Of a stretch of DNA of 64,000 nucleotides, positions 25,527 to 36,705 are shown piece by piece. Source of the DNA: Hemiscyllium ocellatum (lineage: Eukaryota). The stretch is from positions 3,224,001-3,288,000 of the forward strand of contig NW_026867487.1 of assembly GCF_020745735.1 (NCBI RefSeq), read 5' to 3'. A program made the translations under genes and the position numbers. The notes under the pieces were generated by a model. It ran no database searches. It saw only the letters and a list, made by a program, of their open reading frames with translations, and was not told the DNA's origin. Within the stretch, counting starts at the first letter, position 1. Each line of letters begins with the position of its first letter.

Positions 25527-25978
25527 ATGTGTCTACTCAGAATTTGGGTAGTGTGGGGTTCAATTCTAATAGGTAAGCATGGAGAAAATATAATTCATAT
25601 TCGTTTATATGATTATGTTTTGCATTGATGTTAGCCTGACATTTTGCAATATATATCTGCTTTCGTTTTAGGCCTGAGTCATGGAAATTCAATCACTCAG
25701 TTACTCTCCTCAGATTCTCAGACAGAAGGCGATGCAGTGACTCTAAGTTGTACCTATGATTCTACAGTGAGCTATTATTTGTTATATTGGTACCGACAGC
25801 ACCCAGGCACAAAACCCGAGTATATACTGAGCAAATTTTCTGAAGGAAATGAGGATAAAGCAGATTTTGCTCAAGATCGCTTCTCTGTAGACCTTCAGAA
25901 GGCAAATAAATTCACCAGTTTGACGATCACTGGTCTACAACTGACAGACACTTTCGTGTACTACTGTGCTTTCTGGGA
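25527..25978 (+). CDS. TRAV/DV: V4: intact TCR alpha/delta V segment (leader 25527-25572, intron 25573-25671, V exon 25672-25978)
   Basis: Leader MCLLRIWVVWGSILI with GT/AG sites. Open exon GLSHGNSITQ...VTLSC...LYWYRQ...DTFVYYCAFWD. Confidence 0.94.
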
Positions 25979-26017
25979 CACAGTGATGAGGAACTGTCTC
26001 ACCCCTGTACAAAAACT
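25979..26017 (+). other. 23-RSS of V4 (CACAGTG + 23 + ACAAAAACT)
   Basis: Consensus heptamer, counted 23-nt spacer, nonamer 26009-26017. Confidence 0.95.
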
Positions 26018-27408
26018 ACTTTTTGATCAGAGGTTGCTCTGTCTTTCGAGGTTTTCTCAGCATCTTGGAAGTGACTATGTGCTTCAGGAAGTTAAACACA
26101 CACCGAGAGGAAGCCACATTACCATTGGGCTGTCAATCAGTGATTCTCGGATCTGCTGAGAAAATAAACTGCAGATTCCTAGATTGCACACAGAAAGAGA
26201 ACATCATATATTTGGTCACACCCATTTCAATCGACGCCCTAAGCTATGTGCAGTGTTGTAATTTGTAGCCAATGCAGTTAAAGACAGCAGTCGTTCTCCA
26301 AGTTTTACATCTGCATCTCCACCACAAAAGGATGAGGTAGGAGCATCTAGAAAGACGACATCAGTTTAACGGAGGTGGAGTTTCAGAAGGGGGATCACTG
26401 AAGATGCTGATTCGACTGCTTTGAGAGAATGCTATTTCCATAATTTCACCATTGATGTGATCACATGAAATGTTTTCTATTTTCTTCGAATAAAGCATAG
26501 ACACCAGGCTGTCTGTGTGTTTCTGTGCCCGTGTATGAAAGTGCATGTGCATGCTAATTAGTGTGTGTGTTTATGTGTGTGATAACATGTTTAAGCATGT
26601 GGAGATTTAATGTAACAGTTGCATTTTCAGTTCTACGTTCACACAGTACTTTAGTTTAATCTCCACACTGAGTATGTTTAGCCTCTTGTATTCGCATCCC
26701 ACTACCGTTTATCTGCTTTTCATCTTCATTCTGTCCTTCTTTTAGATTCTTTCCTTATCATGGGAATCAACCTCACTTTGATGAGAGATCTCATAATGAA
26801 ACAAAAATATGTCATGTGGTGGTTCATGTAGTGTCAATTTGAGAAATTTTCGTGTAACAGCTCTCATCACTGATTCCACTGTTATTCTTTGGGTTTAACC
26901 AAAGCGTTGTGTAAGTGATCCCGGATTTTTGCTTTTGGTTAATGTGTGAATGGGAGAGTACCCGTTTCATTTCCTGTGCTGGCCTGCTTAATCACCATAA
27001 AGAGGGGAATTGTTGTTTATTTCTGTGTTGCACTCCTGTCAAGTGGGCACTAATGTTAGAGGTGCAATTAACATTGATTGTCGCCATTACAGCAAATTCT
27101 TTCGAAGCAAGTGTGTTAAACTTGAGATTCTGAAGAGTTATTGATGTGCAACGGCAGTGTGCCTAAATCTGGTTCAAATAGATTCTGGTTCGAGACTCAA
27201 TATCTCTAAAAGTATCTCATCAAGTCTCTGAACACATTGTTTCGAAATGGAAACACTCTATATTCTCTAGATTACAAATCATGGTGAATATTTCCAAATT
27301 GAAAATGGAAGCTTGGCAAAATTCACTTTCTCTTATTGGTCATATTTTCAGTACGCAGTTGTTGACGTTGAGATGATGAGGCTGTATGCATAGTTCCTGT
27401 TTTCCCGG

Positions 27409-27726
27409 AGTTTCTGGACTGGCTGCCAATTCAATAGTAACTTGATGATAATCACAGCACAGAGATGTATGGCGGCATCAGGTCTCCTGATTTCTTTGAC
27501 AACAAAAACGCTGTGTTTCTGCTCCCAGAGAAAAGTGGCCCGAATCCTCCATGCTCTGGCCACCTTGCCAAATGCAGTGCTCAGAACTTGCAGCTCTGTC
27601 TGTCACGGCAGCGGCCCACGTTAGGACGTTGAAGAAGGTATGGGTCTGCAGTCATTGTCACTGGAATGTCTTCCACAGCCACCAGTGCCAGGGAAGACTG
27701 CGTCATCCGCCGTTTGGTCATGAGTT
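27409..27726 (-). pseudogene. R3: eroded inverted V segment (R family)
   Basis: Acceptor GTTGCAG, then ELMTKRRMTQSSLALVAVEDIPVTM-(fs)-C...WRIRATFLWEQKHSVFVVKEIRRPDAAIHLCAV. RSS-like CATCAAG (27441-27447) + exactly 23 nt + CCAGAAACT (27409-27417). Confidence 0.8.
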
Positions 27727-28889
27727 CTGCAACGTAGGACAAATTATGAGAGACAACAAGGTTACAAGCACCTGCTCTGTGGAAATACATGATATTCCCC
27801 AACCGAAATTGGCCGTTCATTTAAAAAGGTTTTGTATGAGTATACATTCACATTGTTCTCAAAGTAAGTTTTAAGAAATGTCTATTGTCATCACACTGTT
27901 GTGGTTGTCTCTCTGGCAGTTAAAAAAAAACATTTGCGCACTCACATTAGCCCGCCATGTGACAGAGTGTCAAATTCACAACATTTGCTTTTATAAAATG
28001 TCTACTTGATTCCCGAATGATTCCCCAATGAGGTATGATTGATTCCCTGAGGAGATGTGGGCTTCGCTGGCTGGCTTGCTCACTCTTAATACATCTGGAG
28101 AAGGTAACAGTGACGTGCCTTTTGAAGCTTTTCTCGTACTTCCTGCGTATTTGAACATGTGGAACAGTTGGAGAGAGAATGGCAAGATTTTCACGAAATG
28201 AAACTGAAGGAACGGCGTTACGTTTCCAAGTTAGAATGGTGAAAGACTTGGAAAGGAACATGCAGCTGATGATGTTCCCATTTTTTTGCTCCCCTGAGTC
28301 ATCTCGATGTAAGTGGTCGTGGGTTTGTATATGCCTCCTTTTTTTTGGTTTCCCACCTAATATTCAATTTTGAAAGGCGTATTTTACAAATCCATTAATA
28401 ATGTTGACTCCCATTTTGAATTTGAAAAAAGGGCGAGATAGTTTGGAATAACAATCATCCTGTTGGAGAATAAAGGAACAGATGTGTATTCTCATAGTAA
28501 GGAATGACACATTGAAATTAAGGTGAGAACGCGTTTCTTCTGTCAGTGTGAAAATAAGCTAAGGAATGGTTTGCCATAGATTTTGGGTGCTGATTATATT
28601 CAAGCCTGAGATAGACCTGGAAAGAGTAGAGGGCCTGGATTTGTGTTCTCAGGAGGTTTCAAGAGTCGGATGAGTTTGAATTGAAACAGAAAACATCCTT
28701 AGAAGGTTTGATTCGGTTTTTCTGTAATCCATGTGCTGATCAGGTCTGTTTTCTCCACCCTGACTCTCTCTTGACATCCCGTAATCACCCCTCTATCCTC
28801 TTTATGGAGGTCAACACTAACGCTCACACATAGCCTGTTTGTTCGTGTGTGTTGTGAATGTATGTGCGTGTGTTAACACAGCAAGGTCG

Positions 28890-30205
28890 TAGTGGGTACT
28901 GCAGATGCTGGAGATTAGAGTCAAGATTAGAGTGGTGATGGAAAAGCGCAGCAAGTCAGTCAGCATGCAAGGAGCAGTAAAGTCCGGATCTGGGCTGCAG
29001 TCATGAGGAATGAGGCTGGGAGCCTCAGAGGTGGAGAGATAAATGGGGGGTTGGTGGGACTGGGGGGAAGGTAACTGAGAGTGCAATAGGTGAATGGCGA
29101 TGGTTGTGAAAGTGACAGGTTAGAGAGGAGGGTGGAGCGGTAGGTGAGAAGGAAGGTTGACAGCTGAGGCAGGTCATGAGATTAGCGCTGAGCTGGAAGT
29201 TTGGAACTGGGATAAGGTGGGGGGTGCGAGGTAAATGAGGAAACTGGTGAAGTCCACATTGAAGAGTTGAATGGTCCTGAGGTGGTAGATAAGACGTTCT
29301 TCCTCCAGGCGCTGAGTGGGGAGGGAGTGGTGGTCGAGGAGGCCGATGGCCTACATCACTTTAGCAGAGTGGGAGTGGGAGTTGAAATGTTCAGCCATGG
29401 GGCGATAAGGTCCTTGGTGTGGGTGTCCAGAACTTGTTCTCTAAAGCATTCCACGAGAAGACATCCGGTCTCCGCAGTGTAGAAGACACTGCATCGGGAG
29501 CAATGGATGCAATAAATGACGTGTGGAAGTGCAGGTGAAACTTTGTTGGATGTGGAAGGCTCCTTTGGGGCCTTGGGCGGAGCTGAAAGGGGAGGTGTGG
29601 GCGCAGGTTTTACCATTCCTGCGGTGGCAGGAGAAGCCGTCAGAAATGGAGGGTGCGTTTATGGGGGTGGTGGGGGTGGTGGGTGTGGACCCGACTAGGT
29701 TGTCGTGGATGGAATGGTCTTTGAGGAAATCGGATGTGGATGGGTTGGAAGTATATCACTGGTGGTGGGGAACGTTTGGAGGTGGCGGAAATGTCAGTAG
29801 ATGATGTGATTTATGCAGAGGTTGGTGGAGTGGAAGGTGAGGACCAGGGGTGTTCTAACCTTGTTTCGGTTGTAGAGCTGGCATTCGAGGGCAGAGGTGC
29901 CGAATGAGATGTGTGGGAGGGCATCTTCGGCCACGTGGGAATGGAAATTGCGGTCTTAGAAGAAGGAGGGCATCTCGTGTGTTCTCTTGTGGGTCTGCTC
30001 CTCCTGGACGCAGATGGGGTTGAGGCGGAGGAATTGGGAATACGGGATAGCATTTTGGAAGAAGGTAGGGAGGATGTGGTGCAATCCAGGTAGCTGTGGG
30101 AGTCGGTGTGTTTGTAAGAAATGTCAGCGTTGAGTGGGTCAATGTTGATGGAGATGGAGAGATCCAGGAAGGAGAGGGAGATGTCAGAGATGTGGAAGGT
30201 GTGAT
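28890..30205 (-). mobile_element. Penelope-like element fragment (RT C-terminus, GIY-YIG, terminus)
   Basis: Minus ORFs give IYCIHCSRCSVFYTAETG...FREQ and related fragments; terminus GTACTGCAGATGCTGGAG at 28897. Confidence 0.85.
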
Positions 30206-30429
30206 TGAAGTTTGAGCGTGGACAGATTTTGGGCTCACAAACTGTACGTGTGGATTGGAAATCTCAGGGGTAGTGTCGAGAACTTGGAGGGAGCCCGGAA
30301 ATTGTCAAGAACAAGAATTGGCGTCAATTCGGAAAGTGGGACTAAAAGAGAGAACAACAGTGTTTCTTTTCTGATTTCAATATTCTACTCTGTTCACCAA
30401 AACAAAATCTCTTTTTATGAAAACATTGA

Positions 30430-31050
30430 CAGATTCAGAAAGCGTGGCGCTGGAAAAACACAGCAGGTCAGGTGGCATCATAGGGGCAGGAAAGTCGATG
30501 TTTTGGGCATAAACCATTCATCACGTTTGTGGGAGTTTGAAGGGGTCTGAGAGTTATACGAGTGTTAGTGTAGTTGAAGGGAAGGTGGCAGAGAACGTGA
30601 TGCGTGGATGCAGGTGGTGGTTGATTGTGCTAAGTCAGTGGCGTCGATAGAGGGGATAGGTGGGAAGAATGATGTACTGCTGGCACAGGTAACAAGGGTG
30701 GTGCTGAATTGGAAGTTTGGTGTTTTGATGAGATAGGGGAGGGGACATTTGGAAACTGGTGAAGTTGAAGGTGATGCCATATGTTTGAAGGGTCTTAAGT
30801 TGGAGGATAAGGCGTTCATCCTTCAGTCGTGGGGTAGATTTGATTTATCAGTGGAGGAGGTCCAGGGTTTGTATGACCTTGGGTGGAAATCGAATGGAGT
30901 TGAAGTAATCAGCCACAGAGCTGTGGCGTTGGAGGATAAATATGGCCCAAAGGTGACACCTGAGATGTTCTGAGAGTTGCTGTTCTGTCTCCTCAATATG
31001 GAGGAGACCACATCGAGAGCAATAAATACTGTAGTTGAAATTGCTGGATG
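30430..31050 (-). mobile_element. Second Penelope-like fragment
   Basis: YCSRCGLLHIEETEQQLSEHLRCHLWA (GIY-YIG-like) and a PLE-type terminus near 30440-30520. Confidence 0.75.
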
Positions 31051-32630
31051 GTAAATACACAAAACATCGAGGTTTGGCTATCCACAAAACCAAACATCTC
31101 TCTTACTCACGAGGAGGGTCTGATAACTCAACACACATTTACCTACAGCAGGAAGACCTCACAGTGTGGTCTTTCCCCAATGCACTTTGGTGGCAACTGC
31201 CCCAATGTTTAGTACATCCCTGAGCACTTTGGAATTTGCCAGTTTGCGACACTCAGCCGAGGTCAACTCCACGTTCTAGAAGACCAACAAAATTCTGGCG
31301 GACTGAAGAGCGTCATTCACTACGTTGATGGTCTGTCCAGGCGCAGCTGATGTCTATCTCGGTGTGTACCTAATGAAAAAAAAAGTTGAGCAGAGAATTC
31401 CGCATGACAGAACTGCTTGGGAAGAACCTTGACAGAAAGCGCTGCATCTTCCTGCAGACATCACTTGCAAAGGCACATTCCAGAAGGAGATGTAGGACAG
31501 TCACAAACCCACGTAGCAACTTCAAGGGAACCATGTGGTGGCGCTGGCTGGCCAGGTATGCATGAAGGATACCAAAGGTAGTGTCTTTTTATGCATCAGC
31601 CAAGCAATGTATTAGTACTTGTGGGAAAGTTCTGTCGATGAATCATATTCCCAGTTTTTCCAGGTAATCGCTCCTAAAGGTGAAAGCAATGAAGGATCAC
31701 GGCTTTGTGCCTGCCTGGATTTATCTTGCCTCTTGAGATTAGTTTGACCTGCTCATAGCTGCTCACGAGTTTGTGCATTGACAGCGGAACTGAGCAGAAA
31801 ATAGTGACGTCATTCATGTACAAGGTGGCTTTGACCTGCAGGCATCCGCTGCCTGGAGTAGTCGCCCCCCTCAGGCTGGAATCCTTTCTGATGGACTCCG
31901 CAAAGGGTTCTACATAATGCGCAAACAAGGCAAGACAGAGTGGGAATACATGTCTGACTGCGGATCTGATCAGGAATCTTTAAGATTCCCACCCATTAAT
32001 TGAGATTGCACGAGCGATGTAGGTTTAGAACATGTTGATTCAACTACATAGTACCTCCCTAATTTAGAGAGCAGGTCCCACGCGTAGGTGCGCATTATCC
32101 CGTCAATGGTTTCTGTTCCAGCCTGATGCGGCAGGCCTTCACCCACTTGTCCGGTACGTATGCAACCGCATACCCGAGGTGCACGAGGCTCTCAGTGATG
32201 GTTTGTGTAGAAAAGATTGTTCGGCGTGAATCATTAAACCCAAAGCAGATCTGACAAGGATGGCGATGATTTTAGGCAGGATTTTGTAATCTGCATTCAG
32301 CAATGATATTGATTTCCAATTTCTCATTTTCTCCCTCTCCCCCTTCTGTTTGTAGATGAGAATGATGACAACTTTCCTCGTGGATTCGCCAATGGTACCT
32401 GCCAGGTACCTGTCGTACATCTCCTTCAGGTCCTTACCAATCAGGTCCCACAGAGCTAAATGCAACTCGGCCGTTATGCTGTCGCTTCAACGAGTTTAAT
32501 TGTTTTCTAAGGACGCAAGGGCCTTGGACAGCTCATCCAGAGTTAATAACAGGTCCAGACTCTCCAAGTGCTCTTGTCTGAGACCTCGTGATAGAGGACA
32601 GAAGCAACTGGGAGAAAAAAAATGGTTTCA
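31050..32630 (-). mobile_element. Decayed Tx1-clade ORF2 fragment (with an internal deletion relative to copy B)
   Basis: Minus ORFs WDLIGKDL...NWKSISLLNADYKIL and VKATLYMNDV; 3' end VLRDVLNIGAVATKVHWGKTTL*. Confidence 0.85.
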
Positions 32631-32938
32631 CTACAGTAAAGTGTACAGTGAATCAAGGGGGTTGTTTGTCATGAATGCAAGTCAATCTACTGGAATTCGG
32701 TGTACTCCTTATTTAATGCACAGACTGCAGCCCAGATCCGGATGTATATTTCACAGAGAATCTGCTCTTCTCCACCCACACGATGGCATACACCCCCTCC
32801 ACCCCCCGCCCCCGACACACACACACAGACCATTCAGGTGAGAATTTCCATAGACACGTGTTCTGTTCATTGTGGGTAGCATATTAGATTGAATGTCTTC
32901 GAATAATCGACCGCACTTGGACGCAGAAGGCAGCGACA

Positions 32939-33390
32939 ATGTGGCTACTCATCATCTGCGTTGTGTGGGGCGCAATGCTAGCAGGTAAATGTGGAGTAAT
33001 TCGAATATATATTTCTTTTAAAAAATCGGTGTTCAACGAGCCTAGCCTGACACTTTCGAATTGATTTCTGTTTTCCCTTTCAGATCCGAGCAACGGAAAT
33101 TCTGTCACTCAGTCACTGTCCTCAGCTGTTCAGACAGAAGGAGAGGCAGTGACTCTACGCTGTACCTATGATACTACATGGAGCGACTATTGGTTGCTCT
33201 GGTACCGCCAGCGCCTGGACAGACAGCCCGAGTATATTCTGTGGAAAAGTACTAGCGGCTCTGAGGATAAAGCAGATTTTGCGAAAAATCGCTTCTCAGG
33301 AGAACTTCAGACCTCAAATAAGTTCACCAGTTTGACTATTACTGTGCTAGAACTGACTGACTCGGCCGTGTATTACTGCGCTCTGAGTGA
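32939..33390 (+). CDS. TRAV/DV: V5: intact TCR alpha/delta V segment (leader 32939-32984, intron 32985-33083, V exon 33084-33390)
   Basis: Leader MWLLIICVVWGAMLA with GT/AG sites. Open exon DPSNGNSVTQ...VTLRC...LLWYRQ...DSAVYYCALSD. Confidence 0.94.
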
Positions 33391-33429
33391 CACAGTGATG
33401 ATAAACAGTCTCTCCACTGTACAAAAACT
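33391..33429 (+). other. 23-RSS of V5 (CACAGTG + 23 + ACAAAAACT)
   Basis: Consensus heptamer and nonamer with counted 23-nt spacer. Confidence 0.95.
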
Positions 33430-35090
33430 GCCTTTGGACCACAGAGTGTTGGAAGTTACTACGTGGTTTCAGGAGCCTTATTAGACACCGAGAGGAAACC
33501 AAACTAACCTTGCAACAAACTGTCACTGAATTGTTTCTTGTGCTGCTTGAGAAAATAAGCTGTGCACTCTGAACTTGCGCACCTCCACAGAACAGAGCAA
33601 TGTGTAACCTCATCCGTTCTCATGCCCACCATCAATCAATTTGCTGTCCTATAATTTTTAGCTCATGAACTGGGAGACAAGGGTCCTTCTCGGGGTTTTG
33701 CATCCTCAACGCCTACACAAGGCAGCGAGGCAAAAGCATGCAGTTCACTGAGTCAAACTAAAACGGTAAGAACTGTGGATCCTGGAAATCAGAACAAGAA
33801 AATGAAATTTTTTTGGAAAATTGCAGGTTTGACAGCATCTCTGGAGAGAAATAGGAGTTACATTTGAGGAACAGTGATAGTTTCTGGTATGCTTCCAAGT
33901 ATTTTAATTTTTGTTTCTGAGCAGTGTTTTGGGGGCGTCGTTTGGAATTGCAAGCCTTGCTAATTTGATTATATTGAGGAACTCGCGCATCAACCTTTCC
34001 ACCATCGATGTGATCACACACAGTTCTTTCTGTTTAGAACAGAACATAACACCCATCTCTCTCTCTCTGTCCCTCTTGCTCTTTCTCTCTCTCCCTGTGC
34101 ATGTGTGCACACTCGTGTTGAGACTGTTGTCGCGTGTAAAATTGATGTCTGCTTGTGCTCATCCTCTGACTGTTTCCTTGGTGATTATCACGATGCTCAA
34201 TTGTATTAGCTTCAGTTCACCAGCAGAGGATGACATTTCACCACTGTAAACGTCATTGAAATGAAACACAGGGCGGCTTTGCCTCTTTCGAATTCAGTGA
34301 ACATCCTGGTGCATACATCCCTTTGGAAGTTGGACATGTTTCCCCACTCCGACGAAACACACAGGTAAGTACAGACACAGAGACAGACACACACACAATG
34401 CATTGAAGGTACTGGAGTCGACGACGCTCCTGTAACAGTATTCAGATGCACAGTGAGTCCCTTTCTGTCAACCGTCTGCGTTCAGTAAGAGGAAGATTTC
34501 AATAGAGGCGAAGAAGGAAGAAGGAAGGCGAAACTGAGCTCAGTGAAGAATGCCAGGAGGAACTAACAGAGGGAAAGAGTGATCACCTCGTGCCTGTCGA
34601 CAGAGAGACAGCAATGGGGAGAATCTGTTAAAAGTGATATCAGAGATGCTACTGGATAAGGTTGAGACGGAGTCCAGTGATGCGGAAGGTGTAATTGCAA
34701 TTTGGGAGTAGACAGCTTCTGGGGCCACAAGCATTGCCTGTGTGGTGGAAATCCTAGGGGCTGTGTGGGCAAAATCTGAACTGCTTAACAACAAGAAATG
34801 TGTTCCTTTGAGGACTTTGAACAGAAAAAGAGCAGAATCTTAAGAGGGCAATTGCTTATCATAAATGGAAGTCAACGTATCACAATTCTCAATGCTCCAT
34901 TTTAACTGAGATCGGGATGTACCAGTTCACTATGAAACTGCTTTCTTCATTCCAGACACACAACACCATCGTCCCCACAAGGCAATGACTTAAGACACTT
35001 CCACAGCTACGTCAGCAGTTCACTGAGGGCAGGATATTGATAAGGGTTGCTCAACTATCCAACTGACCTTTCCCGCAGAGGTCAACGACA

Positions 35091-35576
35091 ATATGGCTAC
35101 TCAGGGTCTGGAATGTGTGGGGTGCACTTCTAACAGGTACACGTGAGGACATGCATTTTACATTTCTTCATCAAATCATACATTAAACTGATCCCAGCCT
35201 GACACTTTACAATTGACGTCCATTTGCTCTATGAGACCATAGTCATGGAGATTCTGTCACACAGTCACTCCCCTCAGACAGTCCAAGTGGCCCTTTCTCT
35301 AAACTGTATGCAAGATAATACTTTGAGCTACGAGAAAATATTCTGGTACTGACAGCATCCAGACACACAGTCCAAGTTTATTCTGTGGAAAGCTACCGAT
35401 GGTGATGATGATCAAACTAATTTTGTACAAAATCGTTTCTCTGTCGAAATTCAGACCTCGAAGAAATTCACCAGTTTGACTATCAGCAGGTTACACCTGT
35501 CTGACGCTGCCGTGTATTACTGTGCTTTCTGGGTCTAGACAGTGATGGGAAATTGTCTCCCCTATGTACAAAAATG
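35091..35576 (+). pseudogene. V6: TCR alpha/delta V pseudogene
   Basis: Start codon ATG>ATA at 35091, FR1 deletion, WY* (CGA>TGA), intact-looking FR3 ...DAAVYYCAFW. RSS is GACAGTG (35538-35544) + 23 + ACAAAAATG. Confidence 0.9.
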
Positions 35577-35830
35577 TCCTTGAAAAAAAATAGATGTCCT
35601 CTCTTTCTATTGGCGTTCGGTCTATTGCAATGTGCTGCTCGGAACTCAAACTCATGCTGAGAGGAATCCAAATTGAACTCGGAACAAACTGTCATGCAAT
35701 TATTTCCTGCAGCTTCTGAGAAAATCAAATGCAGATCCCGAGCATCCCAAAGACACAGGACAGATTCATGATTGAATGCATTCGTTCAAACCCTCGCCCT
35801 CTGGAGGAATGTGGATCGGGTGCTGGCACT

Positions 35831-36705
35831 AGTGCAAACCGCAATACAAAGTGGCTCTCCTCTTGATTGTGCATAGGAGGCCAGAGCAGGAAACATAGCA
35901 GTCATTCTTCCAGCCACACACTAACTGAAATGCAAAGACCCGTGACCTCTTACACACCACATGATTAGATTGGGTTGGGATATCTGGTCGGCATGGACAC
36001 GTTACACTGAAAGGTATGTTTCCATGCTGTACATCTCTATGACTCTATGACTCTATGTAATTTGTAGACTGGTGAGCTGGGAAAAAGCTCTCGTCTCCAA
36101 AGCACCTCATACTCCCCGGTGTGTATGTGTGTTTTCATCTCCAATTGTGTGTGTCTGTGTGAGAACGCGAGCCAGAATATATGTAGTTTCGATGTAACAG
36201 TGAAGTTATCAGTACCACATTGTGCTTTTAATAACAAATTCCATCGCCTGACATTTCTTCCATATCACTGCCAACCGTCAGGCAATGGTTGATCTCCTCT
36301 CTTGGTATCTCTGTTGATCCTCAGTACTGTCCTTATCGCTATCTGTAGTTGTCTCTCTGTCTTGGTAAACTGAGTTTCTCCTTCAGTCCCTCCTTATTTT
36401 GGATTATCTTCAGTGAACTCAGCCTCAAAGCGATTGGCGATCCCATCACGTGGAATGAAAAGCAACTACATGGTGGTTAACTTAATCTCAGTTTGTCTTT
36501 TTACCTTTGCACCTGCATTTTCACTGTGCTTGCTGTCGTTGCTGACCACAATATTGTTCTCTAGTTTTAACTCACGGGGTGTGTAAGAGGTCATGGTTCT
36601 TTGCATTTCAGTTAGTGTGTGGCTGGAAGAATGACAGCTATGTTTCCTGCTCTGGCCTGCTATGCACAATCAGGAGGAGAGCCGCTTTGTATTTCGGTTT
36701 GCACT
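35831..36705. repeat. Inverted repeat, ~128-bp arms (35831-35958 and 36578-36705) around a 619-bp spacer
   Basis: The reverse complement of the right arm matches the left arm with few mismatches. Confidence 0.88.
35963..36057 (+). mobile_element. HER1/CR1-type LINE 3' end with (CTATGACT)n tail
   Basis: GATTAGATTGGGTTGGGATATCTGGTCGGCATGGAC...CTCTATGACTCTATGACTCTATG. Confidence 0.75.

Larger units (their letters stand above)
1130..32430 (+). repeat. Segmental duplication copy A (paralogous to 39390-64000)
   Basis: Collinear near-identical blocks: 1130-2997 vs 39390-41207; 12230-18670 vs 42880-49332; 18700-19460 vs 51568-52311; 21417-32430 vs 52312-64000. Shared SINE, CR1, PLE and Tx1 insertions at matching positions. 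Confidence 0.93.
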
